A stretch of DNA of 64,000 nt, taken from Zygnema circumcarinatum SAG 698-1b (Eukaryota > Plantae > Zygnematophyceae). The translations under genes and the position numbers were made by a program. Positions 12,401 through 25,301 of the stretch are shown piece after piece. The number at the start of each line of letters is the position of its first letter. Positions within the stretch are counted from its first letter, which is position 1. The DNA lies in the NCBI GenBank assembly GCA_037447605.1, contig CM074813.1, positions 2,418,001 through 2,482,000 of the forward strand, in the 5' to 3' direction. The notes under the pieces were generated by a model, which ran no database searches, had not been told where the DNA came from, and saw only the letters and a program-made list of their open reading frames with translations.

Positions 12401-15400
12401 AGGCTTGGAGTTGACCCCAGAGAAGAGGACAGGCCTTCTGGAACCCCTGCAAACACAAATTCCACGTTTTGGCAAGGATTTTGGCGATGGGGCGAAGGTT
12501 CTCAACGCAGTGATCGACGAACATCAGGAGATGAGCAGATTGGCCCATCCGCAGAAGGAGAGGGAAGTTCAGCTTCATCAGGGAGAAGAGATTTAGGTGG
12601 AAGTGCTTGGAGGGGTTCAGAGCGTCCTGTTGCCAGTGATGCTATCTTGCAATCCGGGACCTCTGCAGGCCTTATACGTGAGAACAATCGAACAGGTTCA
12701 TTCGATATTTCAGGACATGGAGCAAGTCCCAGCTTAAGTGTAAATGCTACTGTGTCAAATGCTCTACAAGTAACGCCCCAACAAAGGCAGCCGGGCTGGG
12801 GAGGTCTTGGCCTGTTTGGAAGCCGTACAACCACTGTAAGCCATACAACTGATTCAGAGAACTTGGTGGCCACCAGAGGCACTCATGGAGGGAGAGCTGG
12901 AGGAGCAGAAACTCCTGCAGGTGGGGGGAATGGGCTGACAAATCCGCAGACACAGGTGATGGTGATAGTAGGCAATCCTCCAAGGTTGTTGGAGGAGTTG
13001 CCCGAAGGAAACGTGCGAACACTTTGGCCCTTCCTCCCTGAAGAAACTGCTGCAGATGCTGGAGGATTTATGGGATTTGGGCCGAACTTCATGGAACGAT
13101 CTGGACCATCCGCTCCTGTATCAATGCTTGTGTCGGTATGATTGCTTGGCACCCTGTTTTTCTGGATGGAGATTCTCCTGGGAACCTTTGGCGTGTTCAT
13201 TTGCTTTGTTTGAGGATTCTTTAATATTTGTAAAAGGATTGAAATGCTTCTTGCACTGTATCTAATTTACAGTGCCTGCAGATAGTGGTCACAAATCTTG
13301 TTGTGTACAGAAATTGTCTTATTTTGATTCACTTGCAGACTTCTATCTCCTTTTTGACATGTCCAGTAGACAATGTATGCTTGCTTTCTCACTATGTATT
13401 TTCTTTTTGGTTTGTTTTGTATGCATCCAACTCTTCAGCATCAAGTTGAGGTGCTATTTGTTCTCTGCGCCCTTTGTGGAGGAAAGAAGAAGGAACGAGT
13501 GCAGGATAGGCTTGCCGAGCTCGGGTTAGTGTGGACCCTTGCTCGAATGTTTGATAGGTTGGATTGGTCTGCACCACAACCTATGACCTCTGAGCCACAT
13601 GGAATACACGGACCCGGTTGTGCATGCAATCCGCAATCGGTGAGTTTCGATTTCCTTCGTTACTGCAAAATTGACTTCGCCTTGTTCCTGTGTTTACCGA
13701 GTTGGCAGTAGTTTGCTGAATTTTTGGAGGGCTTGCCACAATTTTTTAACAGGCAAGGGAGTTTGAAAGGCCTATCTCTCTAGGTTTACCAAACTGCACT
13801 TAAAGCTGTTGGAAAGGTGGCATTGATGTTGAAATTTTGGCAGCATTCCTTCCATTTGTAACGTTTCTTGTATGTGAGGATGTTGCAGGCACTGAAGATA
13901 CAGTACCTTCGACTTGTTCACAATTTCTGTGACCGTGATTGTTCCAACTTCTTGAACAAGCAATTGTTGGCGGCTCCTGATGGGCTTTTGGATGGAGAAT
14001 TCCCTCGAAGTGCAAGCTGGCGAGCGGCGAGTTCTGCTCCTCGATCATTGCTTCGTGCCGAGGGGGCAGTGGGAGAGGGTCTAATGTTGAAAATATTGAA
14101 GGTGCTGATGGGGGAGCCCGCAGACTCGGTTTATCGTTTTTGGCTTGCTTCCTGTGTAGAAGCATTCCTCAGAGGCTCTGATCCTCGGGATCAGGTACGT
14201 CTCATTCATCCCTGTGCTTAAGAAAGTACGAAGTCTTTGAAGCTACCTCGCAACAGCTGCTTAATTTTTTGTTCATTTGCAGGATGGTCACATTGACCCT
14301 TGTTTTCTAAGCTGGGATGGTAGATTGCAAGAATTTCTGTATGATGTTTTTGGCCGCTTTTGATCAATGAGTTCGGTTTGGCTTGAGTTCAGGAATTTGT
14401 AGCATCTGCGGGTTTAATGGAGCATCTAGTTGATGAAATCTTAAAAGGCGGCTTTAAGTGCCCAAGTGCGCTTCAGATCAATTTTGACCTGCTGGGAGAG
14501 TTGATCAAATTTTCGCCAAAGATGTTGGCACGTCTTAATGGTTTGCTCCAAAATGAGAAGTTCGAAGGATTCATCCAGGTATGTCTTCTTTTTACTTGCT
14601 GATGTTATTTGCCCAGGGTTCTTACTGCTTCCCTCTCAAACGATCCATTTGCAACGACAAACGAGGAGGAAAGGCATGCATATGGGGAGTTTGTGATTTT
14701 TTTTAGGCATATGTTAGAAACCGTCGATCGAAGCTTCACCTTTGGTATTTCTCCTCCATGAACAATCACGCCGGCCCCAATGATGAGCCCTTTCACTCGA
14801 TTCTGTCTCCTCAAAGCTTGAGAGGAAAGCTGTCAAGTTTCGTGTAGGTCGAATGATCTCAATCAGGTTGTCTTCTGCTGGTATAGATGGACCCCAGTCA
14901 GATGGTGCTTCAGTCTACTTAGCTGGATTACCTTCATCAACACTCAGAAAGTCAGGCAGGTGTTGTCTGCAGCTTTCAGTTTTGAGAGCACTAGCATTTC
15001 AACCTTGTTTTGATGGTGTTCCCTTCCTTTTTGTCAGGTTTTGCTTTCTCATTTGGTGGATTCCAACGTCTTCATTCGCTCAGTTGTTCTCTCACTTGAA
15101 TCCTTCCGAACTGGAAGCCCTACTCCTTCCTTCGCTGGTCCAAGTCCTTCGCCTCGATCGTCGGAGTTTGGCCTCATGCCTGCAGGTCCTCTTACTCCCT
15201 TAGCAAACAGCTCCACCAGTGGTTATGGCGGCTACATGTCATCGTTTTCACGATACACAGCAGGTTGGAGCAGGGGTCTGGAAGATTTTGATGAGGGGAG
15301 TTGTAAATTGACAGCATTCATGAGGTGCAATTCGGTGCGCCTCTTGCGGGACTTGATGACCGCTGTGCGGCTTGGAGACATCAACCAGGTGTGCTGATGC

Positions 15401-16246
15401 CCAATGCGAGACGTGTTTGATTCTGTGCAATGGGGCCGCACCTGTCGTCATGTTCTTGGGAAAGTCGGTAGATACACAGCACTGCTTGCATAAACATAGT
15501 TGTTTTTTTTTTCGAGCCAATCGAAGGGGTTGGCATGGTTTGTTTCAAGTCAAACGGGCTTTGCCTGCCTTCGTTATCTTGGAAATCCAAAAATCGTCCT
15601 CTCGTGTGTTTGAGGTGGCCAGGTCGATTCACAGTGTTCATACAGTAGCCTTTGTAGTAGATGTGTTTTTGAGGATCAGTATGTGAACATTGCTTGTATA
15701 GGAGTATTGCCTTGTAGCAGTTAAAGAATATGCCATTTCTGAGAGCTTGGATCGATGATTCTTTCCGGAGTACTTTCTTCAAATCGACATTTTTCTGACT
15801 GCTTCTGGGAAAGGGTGCAGGACAATATCTGCGTGCTTAATACTGCGCTCATTTTCTTTGTTTTCGCGGATCGAGGGAACCAATTAGCAGCATATCTCCA
15901 TGCCCTTCGAACTCTTGATGCAAACCTTTCTCCCCAAAATGTAGGTGACTTATCTTCTAGCAGTGCTCCCGGCAGCCCTGACGGAGACCATGGTCCCGGC
16001 AGTGTTGTAAGAAACTTTCGATCATTGCTGGACTTTTGGCGAGAATATTACCTTCGAAAGCGGGGTCGTGACATTGCAAGCCTGCAATATTCGACAAACG
16101 TTCCTTTCTCGGAGTGGAGAAGAATTGTAGACCTCCTATGTGGTGGTGCCGAATACCCCACCTCCTTGCTCTACTCTCCGCAGGCTGCAGCCTCTCAGTG
16201 TGCTGCTCTCACGGCCTCAATAGAGGGCCCCACCAGGCGATGCTGA
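9443..16246 (+). CDS. TRPC4AP: TRPC4AP/TRUSS-like protein (CRL4/DDB1 substrate receptor family), about 1250 aa; exons 9443-10073, 10608-10759, 11146-11334, 11686-12058, 12198-13135, 13439-13639, 13889-14194, 14393-14578, 15038-15388, 15821-16246
   Basis: Colinear motifs recognisable from animal TRPC4AP: CACNPQSALKIQYLRLVHNFCD, EPADSVYRFWLASCVEAFLRG, LQINFDLLGELIKF, LVDSNVFIRSVVLSL, NICVLNTALIFF, NFRSLLDFWREYY. Exon lengths sum to 3753 nt in frame. Confidence 0.85.
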
Positions 16247-17776
16247 CACGATGAAGGGGTTCAACCACCAGCTGTTTCTGCCACGCATTAGGTCGAAGTA
16301 CACTTTTGACGTGGTCTTTCGGTGGATAATTGGGTCTATGGAGACCTTCAAGGGATTTTCTTACTCGGTGCCCGAAATCGAAATGTACCACAAGTAGATA
16401 TTGGGCCCTCTTGAGGATTCTCCATTGACTGAATTGTGAGGGACGGGGGCTCCCAGAAACACAGTTCCCTGAGGAGGATTGAGCAAGTTGTCAGACCTCA
16501 CCTTTGCAATTGACGAAGCTCGGGGACTAGTTCGCTCTTGAGGTGAATCATATGGCCTTGGGCCCCTCCTTTCCACCTTTGCGTGGAGGAAGATGGGCAT
16601 TGATCCTTCCTTCTTGAAATCTTCTGCCAGGCAAGACAGATGGCTTTCATGACTTCACAAGGAGTCATGCTTTTGCAGTATGTGTGGCCTGTAAAGGGTG
16701 CCCTCCCTCAACAACTGGATCCGGAAGGATTGGTCTTACCATTGAAGCCTGTGTGAGCCAGCATATCCCTCTGGAAGGGGCCTGGAGGAGGTGCAGAAAC
16801 CTGTAGCTGTTTTTGTTTTATGAGTGAAATGATTGTGGGGTGGATCATGGCCGAAAGAAAAGGGCAGGCAAGTAGGCGTTGTCTTTGGCAGAATCTGGTG
16901 ATTGGAGTAAAGGCGTTGGCTTTTCTTACAGCGGATGTGTCCACTACTTGACATGTGCCTCTTTTTTTAGCTGTGGTGGCACCATCGTCGGATGTCTTGT
17001 TGGGTTGTTTCCTGATGGTAACTTTGAAGCCTGAAAATCACTTAAAAATTTTAGTATTTCAGTATCAAACGTAAAAAGGAAATTCACCAATTGCAATATT
17101 ATGTGCGTGGGGCGGCGCCATTACTGTATCCAATGCTAATGGGACAGTTAAGTTCGGGAAATCAGGAACTAACATTCGACAAACAAATCCACTTCACGTT
17201 TTTCCATTCAAAAATATAATATGTCAATCTTGTTTAGTGAGTTTGTTGCTCTTTCACACGTACTGTTAAAAGTAAGAATAGATAATCTTTTGACATTCAG
17301 ACCGTATCGAGGGATGGTTTGCTGCGCAGAGTCAGTTGAGTAGAAAAGTTCAACTACGGGATATGTGCCTTGTGACACGTGGCAGTAGCCTGAGCTGCTC
17401 AGCTTTGAGGGGGGGGGGGGTCAGACTTGGAATGGTTACACACTTGAAATTCGAGATCTGTACAACGTCAAGGAAATGAATCGACAGAAAAGTACATCCG
17501 AAACGAATTCCAAAACTTATTCTACAAGTCTGGAGCTTCCTATGTTCTCGCAGCTCACAATTTCAAATTTAAAGGATTAGTCAGGACCTAATTTACGGAT
17601 TCTCAGCAATTCCATGGAAGTCGGCCTCGTTGCAGTTCACATATACATAGTGAGCTGAAACCAGTTTGTTCCTCCATCTCTTTCATCCTCCCTCCCTCCT
17701 CCGCCACTCCATCTCCCCCTCCCACTCCCACCCTCCCTCCCTCCCTCCCTCCCTCCCCCTTCATCCCTTCAAGCTC

Positions 17777-20700
17777 TCACTTCCTCGACCCCTTCACCGC
17801 ATTTGCTGACTCCGCTGCTCGCGTGCACAAAACGCATCTTAAAGCCTGTCCTGAACCCTTTCCGAACCCACCAGAAGCCCCTTCGCGTCCCGTATCCATT
17901 GGTCCCTTCAGGGAACTGTTTGACGAGGCGTCACCTACTGAGTCCTCGAGACACGTGACGTGGTATGCGTGCGAGCAAAAGAAAGCAACCACTGCCACGT
18001 TGTGGAGAGCGACGGGATCGAGGCACACGGAACAGCGGCCGCTGCCAGTAGGGGCACCATGCTTGGCTCCTTCCCGCACTCTTCCTCTGCTCTCCAAGTC
18101 ACCGCGATGTTCCTGCGAGCTCCATTCCTCCCCAATCCGCACCGCGTGTCGTGCCTCGTTGAAGTATCGCAAAAGTAGCGCTACACAATCAGCCTGCATG
18201 GCACATCACATCCCAAATTTGCGTGAAACACAGGGCTGTGGACAGTTATGAGAAGGTAAAATGGGACCTTGGAAGAACATGGAAAACGATTTGCAAGAGC
18301 GGCCCTACAAGGAGCCTTTTTTTTTTTTTTTTTTTTTTTTTCAAAGGGTCATTTTTCATTTTTTTTTCTTTTTTTTTTTTTTTTTACACCTTCAGAATGC
18401 TGTTGCAACCCTGCCGAAGAGATGTTTCTGTGCGGTAGTCTGCAATAATGCGCACAAGGCGGTCCCGCAGTCTGCCCTCCCAAGACCATGACCCAAGACC
18501 ACCATTCTGGTCGCACTCAGTTATTGAGTTATGAGCGACCTCTCCATCTCTCCCGTCTGCTCTACAAACCTTGTTTGCTCTTGGAAATGTTTGCTGAGAG
18601 TAGTGAACCGAAAACATGTAAGATTCGTATTACGTTCGGCAAGGTACATGAGATAGACTCTTGGAATTGATGCTGCCCTGGAGAAAGATAATGAACTAGT
18701 TGAAAGCAACATATCTCTGTACAACAACATACCTCGGAATCGACATTCCATGAGGTAACTTGTTGACCAAATACAACGGATCAATATGGCCGGCAGTGTG
18801 CTCCAATAAAGCTCCCACCTGCAGCAAGCCCATTGTCAAGTTTGGCAGACCGCAAGATTGCAAAGCAAGAAAGATAACACAAACTCCACCAAAACAGACA
18901 ACACATTCTGCACTGAGCACGCTAAGTTACTCTCCTCATATACTAGTACGATTTAAGGACGTGTGAACAATGCAAGCGAGGGTAAGCGCACCATTTCTGG
19001 TGTGCTGACAGCCCGGTTGACAAGCTCCTCCCACAGCTCCTCGTCGTGCTGCGAACTTGCAAACTCTATGGCCTGCACTCAAGCAGACGGCGCAGTCTAA
19101 TAACCAGCAGCGAGAGTTCAACCCTTTCTCTCTCTCTCTCATCCCATGCTCCATGCTCTGCTCCCTCATAGAGGCAATGCTGCAGCCCAAAAGGACGAGC
19201 CCCATTGTGACGGATTCTTTTTTAAAGCTCAGGACAACAATGTTGGCGAGTGCACCTGCTCCATGTCTCGCAGATCATCCACTATCAAAGCGAGGGCTTC
19301 GCGTGTATTACCCATCCGGCCAAGAATGAACACTCTCTCACGAACGAGATTTCGCCGAGTGCACTCTTCATAGGCCTGCAAACTTCCTTTCCAAGGTCAG
19401 CCAAAATAACAACATAGCATAGAGGTTGTAGATTCTTGAGTAAAAATGGGCTGATGGAAATGGATTCAAATCAGCCTGCTGCTCGCCTGAATTTCGCAAC
19501 AAACACAGTCGGCAATGGATGAAATAGACAAATCATGGGTCTCAGCAATCCGAATCGATGATAGTCTTTATCCTGAAGGACTTATTGGCCTGCTGCTCAG
19601 TTTACCGGTTATTCATTTCACCTGCGATTTACTCCAATGATTACTTCCTTCAACGTCAGCCATTAGACATTCACTTATCGTCCATTTCCTTGGCCACTTG
19701 CCTCATCTAATGGGTACTGCTGAGAAGTGCGAAGAAACGGCAAGAGTAATTGGGGCTCGAATTCCGCATAGAGCTCCACCTGTACAGCCACCCAATCAGA
19801 AAACAAGAAACGGTGGGCACATAATTCACAACCTCATTCTTTTATTATTCCATAGAAATTACAAAGAAAAATTCTGCTTCCTCCCAAAGCTATCGGTAGC
19901 AGTGCGGGGCCCACCTGCCGAGCATGAAATAGACTCCCTTTGTTTATGTCCACCTCAAACAAGCCGTGCAAGTAGGCATGTAAAAGCCTCCTTGCCTTTT
20001 TTCCACCCTTTAATCTCTCACTCTCTCCCTCCCGCCTCTCCCTCTCTATCTCCGCATCGAGCTGCTCCACCACCTCTGTTGGCGGTACCTCCTCGGTGTG
20101 GGAGACAAGCAACTTCACCGCATGGCTTTCGTCAAGCTGCAATAGAGGCACCACCTGCGAAGGGTATAGCACAGCCATAAGCAATAGAAAACGCGCACGC
20201 GAGAGAGAGAGAGAGAGGAGAGAGAGGAGAGAGGAAAGAGAGAGAGGGGAGAGAAGAGAGAGAGGAGAGAGAGAGAGAGCGAGAGAGAGCGCGAGAGAGC
20301 GAGAGAGAGCGAGAGAGAGAGAGAGAGAGAGGTATGGGACCTGAACTTGCCAGCAATGACAACCAATCATATCCTCCCAAGCATCGTAACAATTGAAGGC
20401 AAAGTCTGATCAATGCCCCGAACAATACCTTATTGCGGATACTGCTAAGGAGGCTATGCTCCTTGATAAAGTCAAAAACGCGGGGCTGCTTCACATGCTC
20501 ACTATCCTGCGCGTACAGATGCCCCTGCAGTCAAAAAACTCTACGAAGTCAATTTCACCGCTTTGCAAGTGAAAGAAATTGGCACTTCAATGACTGCGAC
20601 TAAAAAATACAAATGAAAGTTGAGAAATACACAAAAGGAGAGAAGAGTGAGGAGGCTTTATGGCTACCTCCAAATAGATGGCTAGGGCCTTATCATGCTG

Positions 20701-23700
20701 CTTACTCAAGAGGTAGAGCTCAGCCAACACCTGCATTCGAAAAGAGATTTTGGGGCTTACTCATTCAAAATGTAAAACCCACTTCTCCATTTTGACCACT
20801 GCTGCGACCCAATTACTAGCTCACAAAAGAAACAACACTTGACTGAACTTGATATTAATTCACACCTCTCGGAGGACACTTGGCTTCGCCGCATTGGCCA
20901 GACGAGCCTCCACTGCAGCGGTGAAGCTGACAGCATCGTACACATCTTCGGGCCATGAACGGATGAGGGAGACGAGGAGAGAGTGATCCGCAGGTCGACG
21001 AAGAAAACTGTCCAAAATCATCTGAGGAGTATACAACATTGAAATCTATGAAACGTCAAGGTCTCTCTATGTTGAACGGAAGTGGTTTAACGTTCAATGG
21101 TAGGACACCCGAGATTTCGATTCATCTGTATTGTAAGGGACATCTATAACTTCAAATTATGAAGCAGACACTACAACCTTCTCTTACCTGATAAACAGAG
21201 GCACTCAGACGGGGGGAGGAGGTAGGCACGTGTGGAGCAACAGCCTGAAGTTGCCTCAGAGATGCAAAATAAAATATCCACCTGCATATACGTACGAGCT
21301 GTTCCTTTTGACTGATGAATCAATCCGAGTATCGCTTAGGACTGGAGATAAATAGAATGCTTTTGAGATGGACTTCAGTCTCTTTAGCTACAAGTGTTGC
21401 ATTCCTTTTGTTGGGCTTTTGGCTTCTGAGAAAACATCATATAGAAAGAGTGGTGGGCCTACCGTTCCCAGGCAGCAGCAGAGCCATGAAGCAGCTTGGG
21501 GCACAGCGCAGCTGCCTGCCCATACTTCCGCTGTAGCACCAAATGGTCCAAATACTTATCCCCCACCTGTCACACACTCCCTCTCCCTCTCCCTTCAGCG
21601 ACAAGCTCTCCTGCCTCATACGTCCCCTCAGCTACAACAACTCCGCTGTCTAACTAGAATAACTTCCCAGGTATTGCGATGCTGAAGACATCCGATCAGA
21701 ACTACAAAGCAGCACATTATAAAGATGGTCGAAGAGTACGAAACAGAGAATGCTTCGAGGAAGCACCGTAGACGAAAGCTTCTTCTGCCTGCCTAATTCG
21801 CCAGCATTCCTAATACCACAACTCACTCTTTCTTTCATACCACACTCGCTCTCTCTTTTCTCCATCTCAAGTTATAGGGGGCACCTCTTGGACAAGAGAG
21901 GCTTGAACGGCAGGCGTAGCTTCTGCAGCTTCCAACGCCTCCTCATGCAGCCCATTCTCCAGCAACCAAGCAATGTGGTCTGCTGCATCTCTACACTCAG
22001 ACAGAAATTTTATATCAGGAAACACAATGCTTAGTACCCTCACTTCGCCCCACACTCTCATCTCCCTCCCTCCCTCTCTCCCCCATCTGACCCTCACCGA
22101 GAGCAGCATCTTTGAAAATGTGAAATCCTCTACCTTGGGCGAGCAACAACGATATCAGAAGGGGCTACAATGTAGAAGAGAGGCTCATCTCCAGAGGCCC
22201 ACTGCCCCCCCGCACTGCTGCTACCTGCACACTGCTCTCTGCTTATCAGAATAACATTAACACTTTTAACCTTTCCGCACATCATTTCAATGGTTGAACC
22301 AGATACACTCAGCATCTTGCTGCAAAGACAAAGGTCCCTTGCTCTTCTAATAACTAACTTAGTCAGTTAAGATAGTGACTGAACATTACACAATATGAAA
22401 CTGTATAAATATGAGTGAATGTAACCACGAAACCCACCAACAAAGGGCGCATGGACAAGGTGGTAGTCTGCAAAAGTATTTCGCTCGCAATCGTTTAATG
22501 GAAGCTCATCGACCGCATCCTCCTCTCCTCCCCACCTCACAATTCGAAGCTGTGGAGACCCGGAGGGGCTGTGCTGCATTCGACCAATTTCCAGATAGTT
22601 GCTTAAAGCATAAGGTTTACATCATGCACTTATTCCATTTGCCAAGCTTTTGCCTCTCTCCCTCAACTCATTGTCCACATGCTTTCACGTTTCTTTGAAA
22701 GCAAGAGCACGGTTTGATTTCAAGTTTTTGTACCCACTTCAAGTAAACAGATCAAGAGCCTCTCACCTCTACCATGAGCATGCTGAGTACAACGAGGGAT
22801 TCTGCATATGGAGCGATGCCGAGGACTGTATAGTCATTCTTCAGTGTCTCCAATATCTCCATATACTTCAAAGGAGCTCCCCCCTGAGAGGGCGAAATCT
22901 CCTTACTATTCCCTCCCAAGCCTTCCAAGTTGCTCTCACTCCCTTCCTTCCTCTGAAAACTTCGAGCTGCATATGCAACATTCCGAATCCGTACAACAGC
23001 CCTTCTAATGGTGCCTCCCCAGGCAACAACCAGGGCCAGATCATCCTGTGAACCCACAGAAAAACAACAAAAAAAAAAAAAACAAAAACCCCAACACATG
23101 TTCAATCCTGGAAGTGTCGAACAGAGAGGGAGACAACTTATCTTCAATTGTATTCTCTTAAAAGGATGAAAAATGGGCATATACCTGCCATAGGAGCTGA
23201 GGTCGAACACCGGCATATAGCCCTTCCCCCGCCCGGGGAATGAATGCAACCCGCTGCTGAGAGAGGGAGTCATAGACCTTCACACCTTCATCGTTGGCCC
23301 ATGCAATAAGACTTCCTCTCCAGCGGACCGCCAAAATAGGGCCCTCGCCAGAGTGTAGGACCTGGCAAAAGCAATTAAAATGCAAAATGGGTATTCGACA
23401 GGCAAACTGAGGTAGTGGCTCACTTTCCTCGGTAAACTGTGAAACGTGACGAGAGAGAGAGGGGAGGAGACAGAGAGAGAGGGGAAGAGACAGAGAGAGA
23501 GAGGGAGAGACAGAGTGACAGGAGGAGAGAGCGACTGAGAGAGGGAGAGACAAAGTGACAGGAGGGAGAGCGACTGAGAGAGGGAGAGACAGAGTGACAG
23601 AGAGAGAGCGACTGAGAGAGGGGAAGAGACAGAGAGAGAGGGGAGGAGACAGAGAGAGAGGGGAGGAGACAGAGAGAGAGGGAGAGCAGTGCCCTCACCT

Positions 23701-25301
23701 GATCTCGAGAGCCTAGCCAGCCTCGTGAGTTAAGCATCAGTTGGCCTGAAAGCCCCCCTGCTGCAAACTGCCGGCTCGGCTTCTCGGCATATTGAGGGTC
23801 GAGTGCGAGTGTATATATGGGGGTGGAGTAACGGAAGCGATCAACTTCCTCAGTGTAGAGGCTATGAATGGCAATTCCGCCATCTTCACTACACGAGGCG
23901 ATGAACTCTGCGGCACGGTCAAAGGAGACCTCGTTCACGCTGCCGGAATAGACATTAGAGTAGTTGCGAACCTGCCACAGTCAAAAGATTAGGTAAGGGC
24001 CTACGGACATCGTTTTTTGCTAGCTATTAACGTTCATTCTGGACGTTTATTTTCTCAAGAGCTCGTCTTGCGAAGATTGGTCATCAGTTTGGCTCAAGCA
24101 TGAGTGTCAATCTGAATGCGAAAATCTGACCAGAACAGGAAGATGAGGACTGTGAACTTAGGATAGGGCCTACGTCTGAGCTGAAGGTCGGCTTTCAAGC
24201 TGAAAACCAAACAATTTCAAGATTGAAGCTGAACCAGAACATTGGATGCAGCTGCACTTAATCGCGCTCGAACCAAACGACGGATGTTTGAAACATGCGC
24301 CTGACAAGAGAAGCAGAAATACAAAGACATATATTCGAGTAGGAACATATGCAGGTAAATGAGCAGGGTTGAGCACCCAATAGACTTATGTGCGAGGCAG
24401 CCTCTACTTGTTTGGTTTAGTCCATTTTTTTAAATTTTGCTTAGTCCTCCTCCTCCTCCATTATATCCTACATTGCAATCACTTTAAATGCATCCCCACT
24501 GCCCTCATCCATAACTTAAGTTTCGAAAAAAACACTCTTCCATCAGGAAGCGTTAACATTTCTTGTATGTGTTTACAAGAACAATTTGTACATCTGAAGA
24601 AGTGGACACTCGGCTAAAGCTAAGACTCATGTCACGATTCATTAAAAAATTTCTAAAAATGCTTTCTTTGTACAGCAAGCTCGTAAAAAGAAGTTGCATA
24701 GCACGGGGTCTCCTTCAACGGTCTGAACGAAAAAGCCGGTGATAATAACGTGAGTTTCCAGTGTGAATAACTCGTTTTTGAAAACGACATTGAACTTTAT
24801 TTCCTATTTTATTTATTCATGCGTGTTTGTGCTACCTCCTTGCTGCTTTTGTGCTACCGGCGGAAAGGAGATGCCCGTCTGCTACACTTGCATGCAGAAT
24901 AACGCGCAATTTCACTTGCAATAGAAGAGCCATACCTGATTGCCTTCCAGGTCAAGGACGTGAATGGAACCCTGTGCAGTTCCAAGCGCCAACATGCGAT
25001 CAGAAACACAGAGACACGTGGCAACATTTGAGCCAACAATGGCTGGTATGTCTCCACCAAGCCGATGGTACTTGAGCTTTGGTTCCTCCTCCTCCTCCTC
25101 TTCCTCCTCCTCCTCTCCAGCCCTTGCTCCTCCGCCTTCCCTATCCTGTACAAACCTTCTCGGGCTCAAATATTCTCCTGCTGACAGCTGTCCAGCCCTT
25201 GATCCCAGCGCTTCCTGAGCTGGTGCTTCTGCAATCTCCACAACTCGTGGTTCCCGCAATTTGGAACGACATGCCTCCTCATAAAGCGACACCGCTGCCA
25301 T
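17777..25301 (-). CDS. VPS41: Vacuolar protein sorting 41 (HOPS subunit), multi-exon: WD40 region, clathrin-heavy-chain repeat, C-terminal RING-H2
   Basis: Acidic tract followed by EEPKLKYHRLGG, ALGTAQGSIHVLD, VLHSGEGPI..WRGSLIAWANDEGVKVYD, YIVAPSDIVVARPRDAADHIAWLL, VELYAEFEP..LLPFLRTS, VFILGRMGN, LRDRLVRIIADY, and RING CSVC..FFCSHAYHVTC..CVLC. Start codon is approximate. Confidence 0.95.
18317..18384. repeat. Poly-T tracts in a VPS41 intron
   Basis: Long T homopolymer runs interrupted by a few bases. Confidence 0.9.
20201..20331. repeat. (GA)n microsatellite in a VPS41 intron
   Basis: Imperfect GA/GAGAGC repeat; on the minus strand it is a CT-rich tract upstream of an acceptor. Confidence 0.9.
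23449..23686. repeat. GA-rich minisatellite in a VPS41 intron
   Basis: Unit approximately GAGAGAGGGAGAGACAGAGTGACAGGAGGAGAGAGCGACT repeated about three times, flanked by GGGGAGGAGACAGAGAGAGA units. Confidence 0.85.

Noticed and set aside
20096-20370. RE-repeat and SL-repeat ORFs
   Set aside because: Translations of the intronic (GA)n microsatellite.
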